DNA of 63,199 nucleotides, the filler included, from Collodictyon triciliatum (Eukaryota): assembly GCA_043381765.1 (NCBI GenBank). It is 8 parts of 8 records of this genome, joined end to end, with 100 filler letters (N's around TTAATTAATTAA, not from the genome) between each part and the next. Parts side by side here need not be neighbours in the genome. Positions count along the whole stretch, not along the records: positions 51,154 to 60,284 come from JBHJMP010003143.1; positions 60,385 to 63,199 come from JBHJMP010003160.1; 6 more parts are not named here. One strand, 5' to 3'. Each line of letters opens with the position of its first letter. The stretch's first letter is position 1. The translations under genes and the position numbers were made by a program. The notes beneath the pieces were generated by a model. It was not told where the DNA came from. It ran no database searches and worked only from the letters and a program-made list of their open reading frames with translations. Below, in pieces: positions 51,154 through 63,199 of this stretch.

Positions 51154-52278
51154 GACGAGTCCAACGCCTCCTTCTGTAGGTGGCTTAATCAGTGTTTTGA
51201 TTTTGTATTGCTGTCTCTTTGTTGTGATGAAGGTGCGGCATATGCTCTCCAGTGTGTCGAGATGCTTTTGAGGCAGGTGAGAGCCCTTCATGTTGTGGAT
51301 GAGGGTCGATAGCATGAGTTGGTTCCATAGCCTCGCTTTTCCAATGTCTGAAAGATGGAATCTTTTCCAAGAGGCGATTATGGACTTGATATTGTTGACC
51401 AGCTTATCCCACTTTTCTGTGCAGCCGCTCCCAAACATTATACCCAGGTATCTGAGTGCGTGGTTTGGGTATTTCCAGTCGATGTTTTCTGGTAGGATTC
51501 CACCATCCTGTAGGCCGAATAGGATACCGTCTGTTTTGTTGAAGTTGATTTTACCTCCGACTGCAAGTGTGTATTCTTGCATGCACTTATTTGCCAGGAT
51601 AGCGCCTTCAGGGGAGCGTAGAATGAAGGCTGTATCGTCGGCATATTGCAGGGGAAATCGGTTGCGGATTTTGTTGTTGTTTCTGAAGTGGATTGCAAGG
51701 CAGTCGGCTACAAAGTTAAAGAGAAGCGGCGCCAGAGGGCACCCTTGGTAGACGCCGCTTTGTCTCTGGATTATGTCGGTAGGGCCGTGTGCAGTCAGAA
51801 CCCTAGTTGCGGCGTTGTCGTGTAGCTTCTTGATTAGTGTGGTAGACTTCGAGCAGAATCCTCGCTTTTGTAGGATGATTTCTAGGGCTTCATGGTTCAC
51901 ATTGTCATATGCTTTCCCAAGGTCGTGGAATATCATGATGCGTGGGTGTTTGGAGACTTGATATTCCATGTGTTCCTTGTTCACAAGCCATATGTTTGTG
52001 TCGATGTCCCTGCCACGCATGAATCCTATTTGGTCCTTTGATATGAGCTTGTCGGCGATATCAGAGATTCGGTTTCTTAGGATTGTGGCAAATATCTTGT
52101 AGTCGTTGTTGAGCAGAGATATCGGGCGCCAGTCTCTGAGGTCAGTTGCATCCTCTTTCTTTGGGATTAGACGCACCATTGCTTCTGTAAAGCCATCCGG
52201 GATATTGTCTGTATCTGCAATCAAGCTGTTTAGTAGTCCCAGGAGGGATGTCTTGATAACTTCTTTCTTTATGTCCAC
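51154..52278 (-). mobile_element. Non-LTR retrotransposon reverse transcriptase (L1/Tx1-like), 5'-truncated, uninterrupted to contig edge
   Basis: LIPKK, WRPISLLNNDYKI, QIGFMRGR, DLGKAYDNVNH, GVYQGCPLAPLLF, QYADD, INFNKT, RYLG, P..EGGVGL. Abrupt switch to AT-rich DNA at about 52280. Confidence 0.95.
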
Positions 52279-53760
52279 GTTAAAATGTTTTATGTGTTTT
52301 CAAATAATTTTTTACTTGAAGAAATACCATATTATTTCTGTCTTGCTTAATCTTTTGATTTCTTTGTACTTCACCATAGTATTTATTCGTTTAGATACTG
52401 ATGTCTGATTATAAGGTTCAAAATAACTTATTTTGTTCAAGATATTATTATTTTTTTGGTCTTGAATCAATTTTTTTGTATTGGCCATAATCTAATGCGT
52501 ATATCCAAACATAACGAATACGCATCGATAATTGAATGATGAGGGACATGATTGAACCTTAAGAAAGATTGTAATCGCATAAGGCATCCGAAATAGTGGT
52601 ACGCTTAAGTGGATGATACCGAATGTGAAAATGGATGTTGTTTACAGTATTACCTAGAAAACCATCGAAAAAATTGGTGAAAATACTCTTATTCCAGATT
52701 ACCTAGCTCGGTTTGTGTGATTCATCATTAGCAGTCGTGCTTGGATAATTATACATTTTAAATGAGTGGCTGTAGAATGTAATTGTTTAGCACAACAAAA
52801 TCGTTCACTTAAATAAAAATGTCCTCTTTTCATATAAAATGTTATTATTATCGGGATATGTAAACCAATTGCTCACAGATGTAGCTAACTTGGGGTATGC
52901 TTCATGGATAATGCTGTTGGTCTGTTACATAATATGTAAGATTAGCAGTGGGTGGCAGTTTGTAACACTGCTAGTTACTGTGTTTTACGCCAGCTTTCTC
53001 TTCATATAAATATTGGCAAATGGCATAGTATTATTATAATCATTTTGTGAATATAGGATAGTGATATGGTTTATAAGAATATTTCATCGAGATATTATGT
53101 CGTGATTGAACAGCTATAAAACTCAAATCATTACTCCGATTAAAATCATAACAAAAAAGTGCAGATGAGCAAAGAAAAATGAGAAAACAAACAATAAAAA
53201 GCAAAAATAAAGACAAAATGTTTCCGACTCTCTGCTCGTCATGTTTGTTTTTCCTTTGTTATGTTGTGCAGAGGAGAATACAGGCAAGGTCATTCATAGA
53301 GTCGTATCATTGCCAGTCTGTCACAGCGGGAGAATATCTTCTGTAAAATTGGACATGACATACAACGCTTAGACAATCACGTCAGCGGTGTTCGACTTCA
53401 GGGGCACAGTCACACAACAAATTCATACATCTACACAAAGACCGAAGCAGATCGACAGCGAAGCCTTTATTACTCAACACATCCACAAAAAGAAGGGTGG
53501 TGGCGAGTTTTCTCAGCACCAGCAAAACACACTTAAGCAGTCTTTTTATCAATATTAATTGATGAGCAGAGATCGCGCGAACGAAAAGTTTTTTTTTTTT
53601 ATTTATTCTTTCATCCAGCCTCTGCGAACAAGCTAGCAGTCATCTGCACTCGTTCGGTTTGGCGGTCATCGGGATAGTACTCACTTGTACTTGTTTTTGT
53701 GGAGGGGGTGGTGTATAAAGATGGATGAATGGGTTGTTTGGTGGGTGGGTAGAAGATCAG

Positions 53761-56700
53761 TCACTGGATTGAACATCTTGAATTCTTCTGTGCACTCACT
53801 ATTTGCTTTTCTGAAAGCTTCGTATGGGGATGGTTTGTGCCATAGACAGTCTCGAATATCGCGTTGGCTTTTTTGTACATATGCAGAGCCCTTTGGTATT
53901 TCTTCTGGTTCATGAGTAGATTGCCCATATTGTAGTATGTATCCCCAACATCAGGATGTATTTCTCCAAACACTTTCAGTCGAATTACCAGTGATTTGTG
54001 GTGGTGTTCAAGAGCTTTGTCATATCTATTAAAAAAATAAGTTAACGAAGTATAAACACTACCAGATAGTCAAATAAAATATACTTTCCAAGGTCATTGC
54101 AAACCACTCCTATGTTATTATATGAAGTAGCAACATCAGGGTGCACTTCTCCATACACCTCGATTGTAATTTCAAGGTCTTTGTGATAGTATTCCAGAGC
54201 TTTATCATTTCTATTAATTATAAGTTAATTAAGCAATGAACATAAATACACAATCAAATAAAAATTACTTTCCAAGGTTATAGTAAACGTTTCCTATGTT
54301 ATTGTAAGAAGTGGAAACATCAGGATGTATCTCTCCAAACACTTTCAATTTGATTTCAACTGATTTGTGGTAGTATTCCAGAGCCTTATCATACCTGTTA
54401 AATTATAAGTTAATGAGAGGGCAAGCGCGAATAAACAACAAATAAAATATACTTTCCAAGGTTATAACAAACGAGTCCTATGTTATTATATGACATCGCA
54501 ACATCAGGGTGGACTTCTCCAAACACTTTCAGTAGGATTTCAAGTGACTTGTGGTAGTATTCCAGTGATTTTTCATATCTATTAAATAATAAGTTAATGA
54601 AGGATAATTATATATACATAGCCAAATAAAATATACTTTCCGAGTTCATCGTAAACGAGTCCAATGTTATTATATGTGGTGGCAACGTCAGTATGTATTT
54701 CTCCACATACTTTCAGTCGAATTTCCAATGATTTGTGGTAGTATTCCAGAGCTTTGTCATGTCTAGTAAATGATAACTTGTTCAAGATATAAATGTAAAT
54801 ACGCAATAAAATAAAACATACTTTCCAAGGCTATAGTAAACCAGTCCCAGAAAATTCAGATTTTTGCTGTTTGAACCTAATAAAAGCCAACCAAAAGTTA
54901 GCAACACACCCATAAAATCCAAATCAACTGACCAAACCCTCATCCGTCTCAACAGAAATGCGGTGCTCAAGAATTGGAATCAAAAAGGAATTCTCTTGGA
55001 TTTTCTGAAAATATTCAACTAACGCAGAGCCAGCAGGATTCAGTTGCTGTTGTACATACCCATTAAGATAAATTCAATATTGATACATGTAATTGAGTTT
55101 TATCACCTTGACCAACTCAATTGAAAGGAAGAATAAAAAAAAATCACCTTGACCAACTCACAATACACAGCTTTATGGTCATAACCGTTCTTATTCAGCT
55201 CTCTCCAGCATCCATAAAACTCGAAGCGATAATTGTCATCCAGCATGCTCACAACAGCCTAAAAAAACTAAATTACAACACATGCCACAGTAATAAAAAT
55301 AAAATACACTATTTAACCTTTTCACTCTTCATAAAATCCACCAGTTTATCATATTCGCTGGAAATCCTCAGATTGTGGCATATTTCGGCAACAATACTCT
55401 TGTCTTCAGTACCAGAGCCGTATTCACCCAGCAGCCACAATCCATATTCACGTGCTTCACTTATGTATGCTTCATCCTTAAAGTATCGCTCTTTGATGGA
55501 TTGTGTCAGCAGCTGGTGAGAGAACGCGTATCTAAGATAAAAATATTGTGACTAGCAATTACGACCATTAAAAAATTATCAATAACAGTATTACCTCCCG
55601 TTCCTCACAAAGAGCGAATCCAGCAAGACAAAAAGAAATGATTTCCTAGAATAAAAAAATACGATTTATCAATAGTGATGCATATAAATCATATGCCAGG
55701 AATCGATATACCAGATTGCATGGTTGATTTGCATATGAGTTTGGTTAAGTCGATGCTCCATGTATTTGTCCAGCTCGTTTTCATCAAGACCGATGCGCGA
55801 CACATAAAGGACACTGATGGACAGACAGACAATATCTTTTCCTAAAATTTATTATGTAAAATCAGTAAAATCATATTAAAAGAACCACTTTATATGTATC
55901 ACAAAACCATATTTCTTTTCCCAGCGGCTCATCACAAGGTCGAACAAATTGACAACTCCCTTTGTCTCCAGCATTTCACGAAGCTCGGTGTCTACTTTTT
56001 CGTACACCCCAAACACACGAAGCTCATCCAGCACAATCCGCAGGTAGAGTGGATGGCCTGGTCTCGTATTCATCATTAAAATATTTATACTAAAATAAAA
56101 TATAAAAATAAATCGAATCAAAAACTATAATCACCAGTATCGTCACAGTCACTCAGTATCATTTCCATCTGTTTCTCGTTCAAGGTCTTGTTGTAGCGCT
56201 TGAAGAACGAGGTGGCTGCTTGTCTGATTCCGGCATCATCAAGCTTTGATACAGGAATGACATCGAGCCCTGCTGACCTGGCAACCTATTCAAAAGCGAT
56301 TGGGTTAATTTAAATGTATTATATCCTCAAAAAAATTAACAAACATCGCATGATTCGTGGGTGTCGATGGTTGATGCGACGATGGAGATGTTCTTTGGTG
56401 TCTTTTTGGGAAGCCATTCAAGGCGATGGACGTGCTTGTTTTGCTCTGTATTGACCAACTGGTTGAATGCATCGATGACCAAGACAACCTGCTTTTTTCT
56501 GTATTGATAGGCTTGTCAGATATTATATTTATTTTAATTGAAACATATTATTGAAATCGACTCGTTTCTTGATGCAAGCTTGAGTATGTGGTCTAGTCCC
56601 TTCTTCAAAGTTTCTTTCCCTACAACAAGACATAAACCAAAATTAGTGCTCATTGAAATTTATTGAATGAAAAGCTATTAAAAATATAAATAAACCGATT

Positions 56701-58360
56701 GTCATTTGACATATAAACCTTCTTCGGAGTCAAGGTTCAGTTCGATTGCTTCATTTTCAACAAGAATGCGAGCTACACGCTCCACCAAACTATAACAAAT
56801 GGTGATTAATACTTATATGACCAATTAAAATATTTAACCTTACTATATTATTCGCTTATTCTTACTTTTCTACGTAGTTACTCAGGTTTGAACATCCGAC
56901 GAAGTGGTAGATGACTACTAGGTTCGACTTTTTGCCCGCATTCAGGTCACGGACCAGCCCGCTCATAATCGTCGATTTGCCAATACCAGACTCTGCTCCA
57001 ACAACGGTAATACCAGAATCGACAACATCGAGTTGTAGCATTGCTTTCTCCTTCAGAATGGCCAATATGGTGTCTCTTCCTTCCAATCCAATCAGTCGAT
57101 GTCGCATAAACTGCTCATGCGCCATGTCCTCAGGATGCTTATGCTGCAAGGTTTTGATATTATATTTGGAGAACCAAAATAATTAAAGTTAACTTAATAT
57201 TTTCTATACTTGAAATTTTTTTGAAACCAAACCTCTTGGTCGGGAAAATCCTTGTCGATTGCTTCCATCAAGTCATCAACCATCATCGAGACGAGCTGCT
57301 GGGGTGTCTTGTATGGCTTGACTTCAAACACATTTCCAATCTTTTCTTTCAATCCATCCTGATTTTCTTTCTGAAATCAAAGCATAAATGAGTTCTCAAA
57401 TTACCGTAGTATCATAAAGCGAAATGGTATAAAGTCTTTTCTGCTTACATCCTTTTCATTGACTGGGCGATATAATGCACGCTCTGCATAGGTTTCAGCA
57501 ACATGGTTGACTGCATGTTCTTCGTCGCGGGAATAGAAGAGTGCACGTCGGGCAACAGGATTTTCTTTCAGAGCACCGTGAACAATCTTTGATATGATTG
57601 ATGTTAGAGACGAGTTGTAAAAATTACAAATATTTGACTATAAGCGGATAAACTGCTTAAATGAACCTCGTAGTCAGTCACACTGAGACCCCTAATCTCC
57701 TTGAGGTATGGAAACTTCAAGTCCGTGTCTGGATGCCATTCAGATGGGTTTTCATGGTTTGGTGACCAGCCATAACGTGAGCCGAGTGTGCATAGAAAGT
57801 ATGGGCATTCCTCGATAGATTCAAGGCAGCTGATAACGACCTATATAATCGTGAAAAATTAAAACTGATACAAAAATGAATGAAAAATAGAAATATCAGA
57901 AAGAACTTGAATAATTCCCACCAATCCGTTTTCAGATATTTCACTGGTCAGTCCCCAGCGCAAGTCGATGAAAACAAGGATGACACCCTTCTTCTTGGCA
58001 AAGTCTTTGAGTCTGCAATAATTTTTTGATTTATCAATAAACCGAGAACATACAAACATGTAATCATGAATTTTTTAATTCAATAAAACGATGTTACTTT
58101 TTTTCGGCATTTGCAAAGAACTCGTCTCTTTCTTTTTGCATGTCTCGAAACGTGGAGGACATGAAGATTCTCAAGACTCTGGAGTCATAGACAACAGTCC
58201 ATCTCTCTTCGCCATCAGAATAAACTGCGGCTGGAATTAAGCCTGTGCGAATTTTCTCATCGACTGGCGCAGATTCTCGTGTTGGTTCCATAAGTTTCTG
58301 GTCTCCAGATTCTCGCTGGTTGGCGGCGTCAGATTGTCTGCTTGGTGATGGCTCAGACAT
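53761..58360 (-). CDS. DUF4062 - NACHT/STAND NTPase - TPR protein (NLR-like, NPHP3/TEP1-type architecture) with C-terminal CaaX box
   Basis: RIFMSSTFRDMQKERD, IDLRWG, LGSRYGW and SVTDYE (DUF4062); Walker A AESGIGKST; YHFVG; Walker B VLVIDAFNQL; GHPLYLRIVLDEL; 42-aa TPRs (HPDVATSYNNIG); ends RCSIQ-TGA. Confidence 0.92.
54026..54822 (-). repeat. Tandem 184-bp cassettes, each a 126-bp TPR exon plus a 58-bp intron
   Basis: Exons 54762-54637, 54578-54453, 54394-54269 and 54210-54085, all phase 2-2. The introns are mutually similar. Confidence 0.92.
55102..55160 (+). mobile_element. 23-bp tail-only LINE insertion with perfect 18-bp TSD that duplicates a splice donor
   Basis: ATCACCTTGACCAACTCA at 55102-55119 and 55143-55160 flanks ATTGAAAGGAAGAATAAAAAAAA. 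Confidence 0.85.
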
Positions 58361-60567
58361 CTTCCTATTGATTAAATGCGAATAATATATAGGATTAAGA
58401 ATTGTTTAATGATATACTATAATCTTATGCTATTCTCTCTGTTTGACCGCCTCGGTTGATTCAATACGATTAATCGACTCGTAAAATTCCTCTCACTTTT
58501 GATTTTCATGATAACTCCACTAAAAGGAATATTATTGATAAAAATTCTCGGATAAATATATTTTTGTATAATAGTGAGGGTTAAAACTACACTCTTGATT
58601 ACAATCTTATTTTTCTACTATATAATGATGAATCTTTAACTAAGCCCGTATTTGAAAGTAAAAAAAAGTAAAATAATGTGTGAATCATGAAAGATGAGGC
58701 CTTTTGAAACAAAGTATTTACTTTAAATTATGCATTATATTATATTTAAAAAAATTATCTGAGAACAAAGAATTAATTTAGTTAAGATCATTCAGATCCA
58801 TTAGTCAAATCGTTCTTGAATGTTCTATATGAAAAAATTATTCTCATTAAATTAAACAAAGCATATATACAAAAATGCGTCTCAAATAATCCAGCAGCCG
58901 ATGCGAAAGGCCTATGCATTCCCTTACTTATATACTTATCCTCCATGGAATGACATGAAACTGTAAATGGAACAGTCTTTTGGTGATAACCTTTCCGTAA
59001 TTTCGAATTGTAGATAATTGGAAGCCATAATCTGAGCTGAAAGGAAACAAGAACATATTTTATGTATATTATGAATACCTACAAATGAAAATGTCGATTG
59101 CAATAATCAAGAGACATGGTCACTCGTAATTCCGTAGATTTCGGAAATGATTCGACGAATCTGCACATTTGTTGTATATATCAGATTTAGATCAATGTGA
59201 TATACAATATTTGCCTTGTATAAATGCGGGTCAAGTAAAATAAAATGAAAATATAAAGTTGGCATTTTAATTGTTTAACATATGATAGAGAACTGGTGAC
59301 TTCATGACCCATAGAACAGTCTAACTTTCAAATCAGGCATATTTCGAGAAGATGAATCGTATTGTCAGAGTTTGAAGCATAGGCGGTGGACGCTGAGCGC
59401 ACTGGCTCCCTATAGATAATTTTTTATAAAAAAACATTTTATTGTACATATTGTTGTTGAAATATGAGTAATGTCTGAGTACAAATAAGAAATACTCACA
59501 GAAAAAAAGGGCGTGATCTGTCTGCAAAAAAGGCAGTTTGGTCATCAAGTTCAGGAGTGAAAATATACACTTTTAACCTTGCGTGTTGAGTTGGAGGGGA
59601 CGGGTGTGTGGATTATTTGGAAATCTTCAAGCCTACAAATCCTGCAAAAAAAAATTGTATTAAGATGAGTAGAATGAGAATTGAAACCTCTTTTCCTTAA
59701 ATTGTATAAAGAAGCGGTATATAAACATGAGTACAAAGCTCACCATATGGTAAACCTTCATATGTTGGTAAAAAGGCCTCGAACGGTGGGTGTATATAGG
59801 CAGTGCCAGTGCGTTGTTTGTAGTCTCATGTGTCCTGGGGGAGGGGTGGTGTCTGACGTATCTATTTTTGGTGCGGGTTCATGGCATTAATAATACCGTT
59901 AGCCTGCTCTCTAAACAATTTCCGCTAAAATTTACGATATATACATAATTAAATATGATTCCTGATTACGAATTCGGATGGCGTGACGGAGGCACAAGTT
60001 AGGCTTTTTCTGGTCTCTATTGAAATATTTATACTTTTCATAAAATGTATGAAAATCTAGAAGCGTCATATGAAGTTGCTTTACTGCCAAGGGAAACTCC
60101 TAACAGAGAGAATTGTGACTGTTTTAAGTGGGGTCAATATACGAACAAAAGCATTAATTTTTCTCTGTAAAACATTCAAATTCCTAATTGGCTGCTGTAA
60201 ACGCGGAATTGTAGCGTAGATGCATATTCTTCCGATCCAAACCAACAAATATCACTAAATGATTCTTGAGTCTGCATAATAGAGNNNNNNNNNNNNNNNN
60301 NNNNNNNNNNNNNNNNNNNNNNNNNNNNTTAATTAATTAANNNNNNNNNNNNNNNNNNNNNNNNNNNNNNNNNNNNNNNNNNNNAAGAAAAAAAGAAAAA
60401 AAGAAAAAAAGAAAAAAAGAAAAAAAGAAAAAAAGAAAAAAAGAAAAAAAGAAAAAAAGAAAAAAAAGAAAAAAAGAAAAAAGAAAAATAAAAAGAAGAA
60501 AAAGAAGAAAAAGACGAAAGAGAACAGAGAAGTGACAGTATTTCTTTCTTTAAGATACAGAAGAATC

Positions 60568-62520
60568 ATGGAAGACAATACCACAGGAGGAATTCAAACA
60601 AAAGAGTTTGTGAAGAAGTGTGATGATGTCCAAAGAAAGCAAGCTTGGATTTCCACCAGCCAACAGAATCAAGCGGGACCTAGTCGTGTTAGAAGGGATG
60701 TTAGTTCAGCTTTTGAAGAAGCTGAAGGAGTTGGAGTCGATTTTCTAAAAATCAATAGAAATGAAGAAAAGAACGCCAGAAAAGACCAACCCGCCAACGC
60801 TGCGGTAGATATGCAGGAAATTCAAAAGGTTGAGCTTCGCTTGAGAAAGAAAACGAAGCTAATCGAAAGAAAAAGAACTATACCCTCTGTCCTGATATCA
60901 AATCAGAAGCTGCTCAATATTATGAATCGTTTTTACGAAAATCGAGTTTATGTGATATCGATGGCGTGCCTATACATCATATGCCATACACATGTTTTGT
61001 TTCTGTGTTTTAAGAAATCATTTCTTCCGGACGATTTGTATCCGATTATCCAGATTCTTACACTGTTTAATTTCACGATGCACCTTTCTTTTATGATTAG
61101 ACTGGATATCGCCAGAGAGATTATCATGTCATTCAATTTTTGGTACACATTTTACAGCGCGTTTTCATTTCACTTGTGCTATGTAATACTATGGGGATCC
61201 AAAGTCAACTTCATATGCGCGGCGATGCATTCATTTTCCAACGTCCTTTTTTTAATTTTTTATGATGCACACTCCTCCAAAAACATTTGGATAGTGAAGT
61301 CGATGCTACTTGTAGGGACATTATCTTATTTACCTATTGTTGCAGTTATTCTATTTAGAATAGTAGATTTCGAAACAGAAAAGATTTTCTACTGCTCAAC
61401 AGATGTAGAAATAATTGATATTCGGCTCCAGGCTCTTGACAACCTAACTACTTTTTTAATATACTTACTAAGGATTCTAGTAAATCATATTTTCTTGAAT
61501 AAGTCATCAACAGTCGTTTTTCTTTCTTCGTTTTACGAGTTGAATAGTACGCCTAGGAAACGACCGGACGAGCTAGACAAAAGGAAACAAGAATATAGGT
61601 CGCAATCGTGCCTGTCTCCAGAAAAACTACCACCAGAACCAAATGTTGCCCAATCTACCCTGAATATTGACAACCCAATTGCAGAACCTTGCCTACTTTC
61701 CAAATCTTCTGTGGGGGGATGCGCCGATGCAGTAAACGAGATAGATAATCATGTAGGACCAGACGCAGACCCAAGGACACATATGGTAATCGGTATATTA
61801 CATGACAATGTGGCTTACTTTGACCCTCGGCAGACTATATTTCACCGTGTTATTTGCACCAGAATGAAGAAACTGGCAGCATTGATGCGTTTAAAGTATT
61901 ACAATGTATTTGGAATTGCAATCGGGGTTATTTCTATCTTCTTTAGTATCCCTTTAAGTGCAGGTGTTGAGGTCAATGACGGGTTCTACTATACGGGATG
62001 TATGTGCACAGCTGGAGGGATATTATTCATATCAGTTCAAATAATAACAACATGCAATTATTTTTTGGCATATAATATGTTAATGTCCTTTGATTATTGG
62101 TACGTGATGCACCTCATCATAAAGGTTATAATTACCTCAGGCATACAAAGTTCTTGGGACAGCCGCATGATATTCTGGAGTTATACTGCTGTAGCCTTAA
62201 AATGGTGTGTAATGATAGATACTTTTTCTGCCAAGCACAGAAAATCGGCTTACATATCTTTGTTTGGAGGAATTTGGACGTTGGTTTTAGGTCTCATGTG
62301 TAAATTCAGTACTGGGCGCACATTTTCGCATGACTCTACAGTCGTAATGAGGGGAACACCTATCGCTTCAACAAGAATTACATTATCTACTTCCCTTTTC
62401 TCTGTTAGCCTGTTTGCTTTTCGCTTTCTATGGAGCTTCCAACGAAACAGGCAACGTGTTTTGTTCATGACAGAGAACGCACAGATTTTGGAATTACCTA
62501 ACGACCAATCATACCCATAA
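60568..62520 (+). CDS. Intronless multi-pass membrane protein (about 650 aa) with two internally duplicated TM bundles; function unknown
   Basis: Single long ORF with two hydrophobic blocks sharing motifs (IIMSFNFWY...FYDA and MLMSFDYWY...MIDT), separated by a polar linker. Confidence 0.8.
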   Translation: MEDNTTGGIQTKEFVKKCDDVQRKQAWISTSQQNQAGPSRVRRDVSSAFEEAEGVGVDFLKINRNEEKNARKDQPANAAVDMQEIQKVELRLRKKTKLIERKRTIPSVLISNQKLLNIMNRFYENRVYVISMACLYIICHTHVLFLCFKKSFLPDDLYPIIQILTLFNFTMHLSFMIRLDIAREIIMSFNFWYTFYSAFSFHLCYVILWGSKVNFICAAMHSFSNVLFLIFYDAHSSKNIWIVKSMLLVGTLSYLPIVAVILFRIVDFETEKIFYCSTDVEIIDIRLQALDNLTTFLIYLLRILVNHIFLNKSSTVVFLSSFYELNSTPRKRPDELDKRKQEYRSQSCLSPEKLPPEPNVAQSTLNIDNPIAEPCLLSKSSVGGCADAVNEIDNHVGPDADPRTHMVIGILHDNVAYFDPRQTIFHRVICTRMKKLAALMRLKYYNVFGIAIGVISIFFSIPLSAGVEVNDGFYYTGCMCTAGGILFISVQIITTCNYFLAYNMLMSFDYWYVMHLIIKVIITSGIQSSWDSRMIFWSYTAVALKWCVMIDTFSAKHRKSAYISLFGGIWTLVLGLMCKFSTGRTFSHDSTVVMRGTPIASTRITLSTSLFSVSLFAFRFLWSFQRNRQRVLFMTENAQILELPNDQSYP

Positions 62521-62629
62521 AAGTATGAAGTAGAACAGTCATGAATTTAAAAGGTTTTTACGGTAATCGCGTGTATGTTTGAATAAAATGAAAAAAAAAT
62601 GTGTAAACTTGAAGTGCGCTGAGTCCTGA

Positions 62630-63199
62630 CAAGCCAAGCCCTTACTTTCCATTCCACTTATGAGTCGTTGGGCCGAAACTATAGGCATTATAGACCCGCC
62701 GATAGTCAAAAGCTGGAAGCAAGTTCAAATAAGTCAGCTACTCCCGAAACACTGCACTCTACTTCTCAATATCTCCAACAGAGAGCTGTGGATAGGTACG
62801 CGTGTAGTTCATGAAGCAACGACCTCTCCAGAATGCACCATGTGCCATAGTGGAGATGACTATCGAACACACATTTGTGAAGTGCTCTCTTGCTCAAAAA
62901 GTGACAGAATCTACCCACAAGATGCTCTCTGAGATTGATTATGCTCCCAACCGACTCAGCGCGTCTGACATCCTGTTTGGCGCACAATACCAAATGACCC
63001 ACGACTCTAGAATGCTCTGGACAGTCACAAGGGGACATATGCTGTGGTTCTTATGGAGTGTGCGTGCATTCTCTCGCTCCAATGATTCACCCGAACGAGA
63101 AATCAATGTTTACAGGCTTGAAAGCCTCGTGCAATACAGCTTCCTGAACAGCCTGCTGAAACACGCCCGCATTCTCCGCTACTCTGACCGCAAGCGAAG
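62630..63199 (+). mobile_element. Decayed LINE ORF2 C-terminal fragment, same family as 36640-37296
   Basis: NRELWIGTR...CTMCHSGD, then a frameshift into IEHTFVKC; LWFLWSVR; SFLNSLL. Confidence 0.82.

Noticed and set aside
51154-54822. RT plus variable TPR repeats as a diversity-generating retroelement
   Set aside because: The RT is a typical non-LTR retrotransposon enzyme, and no template/variable repeat pair with adenine-specific differences was seen.

Overview
Intron-rich, microsatellite-rich eukaryotic (protist-like) genomic DNA in the standard genetic code. The window is not one locus. It is eight unrelated contigs joined by artificial N-TTAATTAATTAA-N linkers: about 1-9153, 9254-14087, 14188-23329, 23430-32568, 32669-41820, 41921-51053, 51154-60285 and 60385-63199. 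Recognisable genes: cyclase-associated protein (CAP/Srv2); a catalytically degenerate HDAC-fold protein; an LRR gene fragment; an ornithine decarboxylase antizyme; a diaphanous-type formin with a U12 AT-AC intron; an LRR/Ig-like pseudokinase; a pecanex homolog; a DUF4062-NACHT-TPR (NLR-like) gene; and an intronless multi-pass membrane protein. The antizyme can be fully reconstructed with its +1 frameshift site (UCC-UGA), an adjacent GC-AG intron and a 3' stem-loop. The NLR-like gene is built from 184-bp exon+intron TPR cassettes and ends in a CaaX box. Mobile DNA includes a decayed Fanzor1 (TnpB-like RNA-guided nuclease) with a candidate omega-RNA, and an L1/Tx1-like LINE family. The LINE has left an RT fragment, zinc-knuckle fragments and several 23-60 bp tail-only insertions with target-site duplications that mostly start with ATCA. 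All calls are from manual reading; no searches were run.
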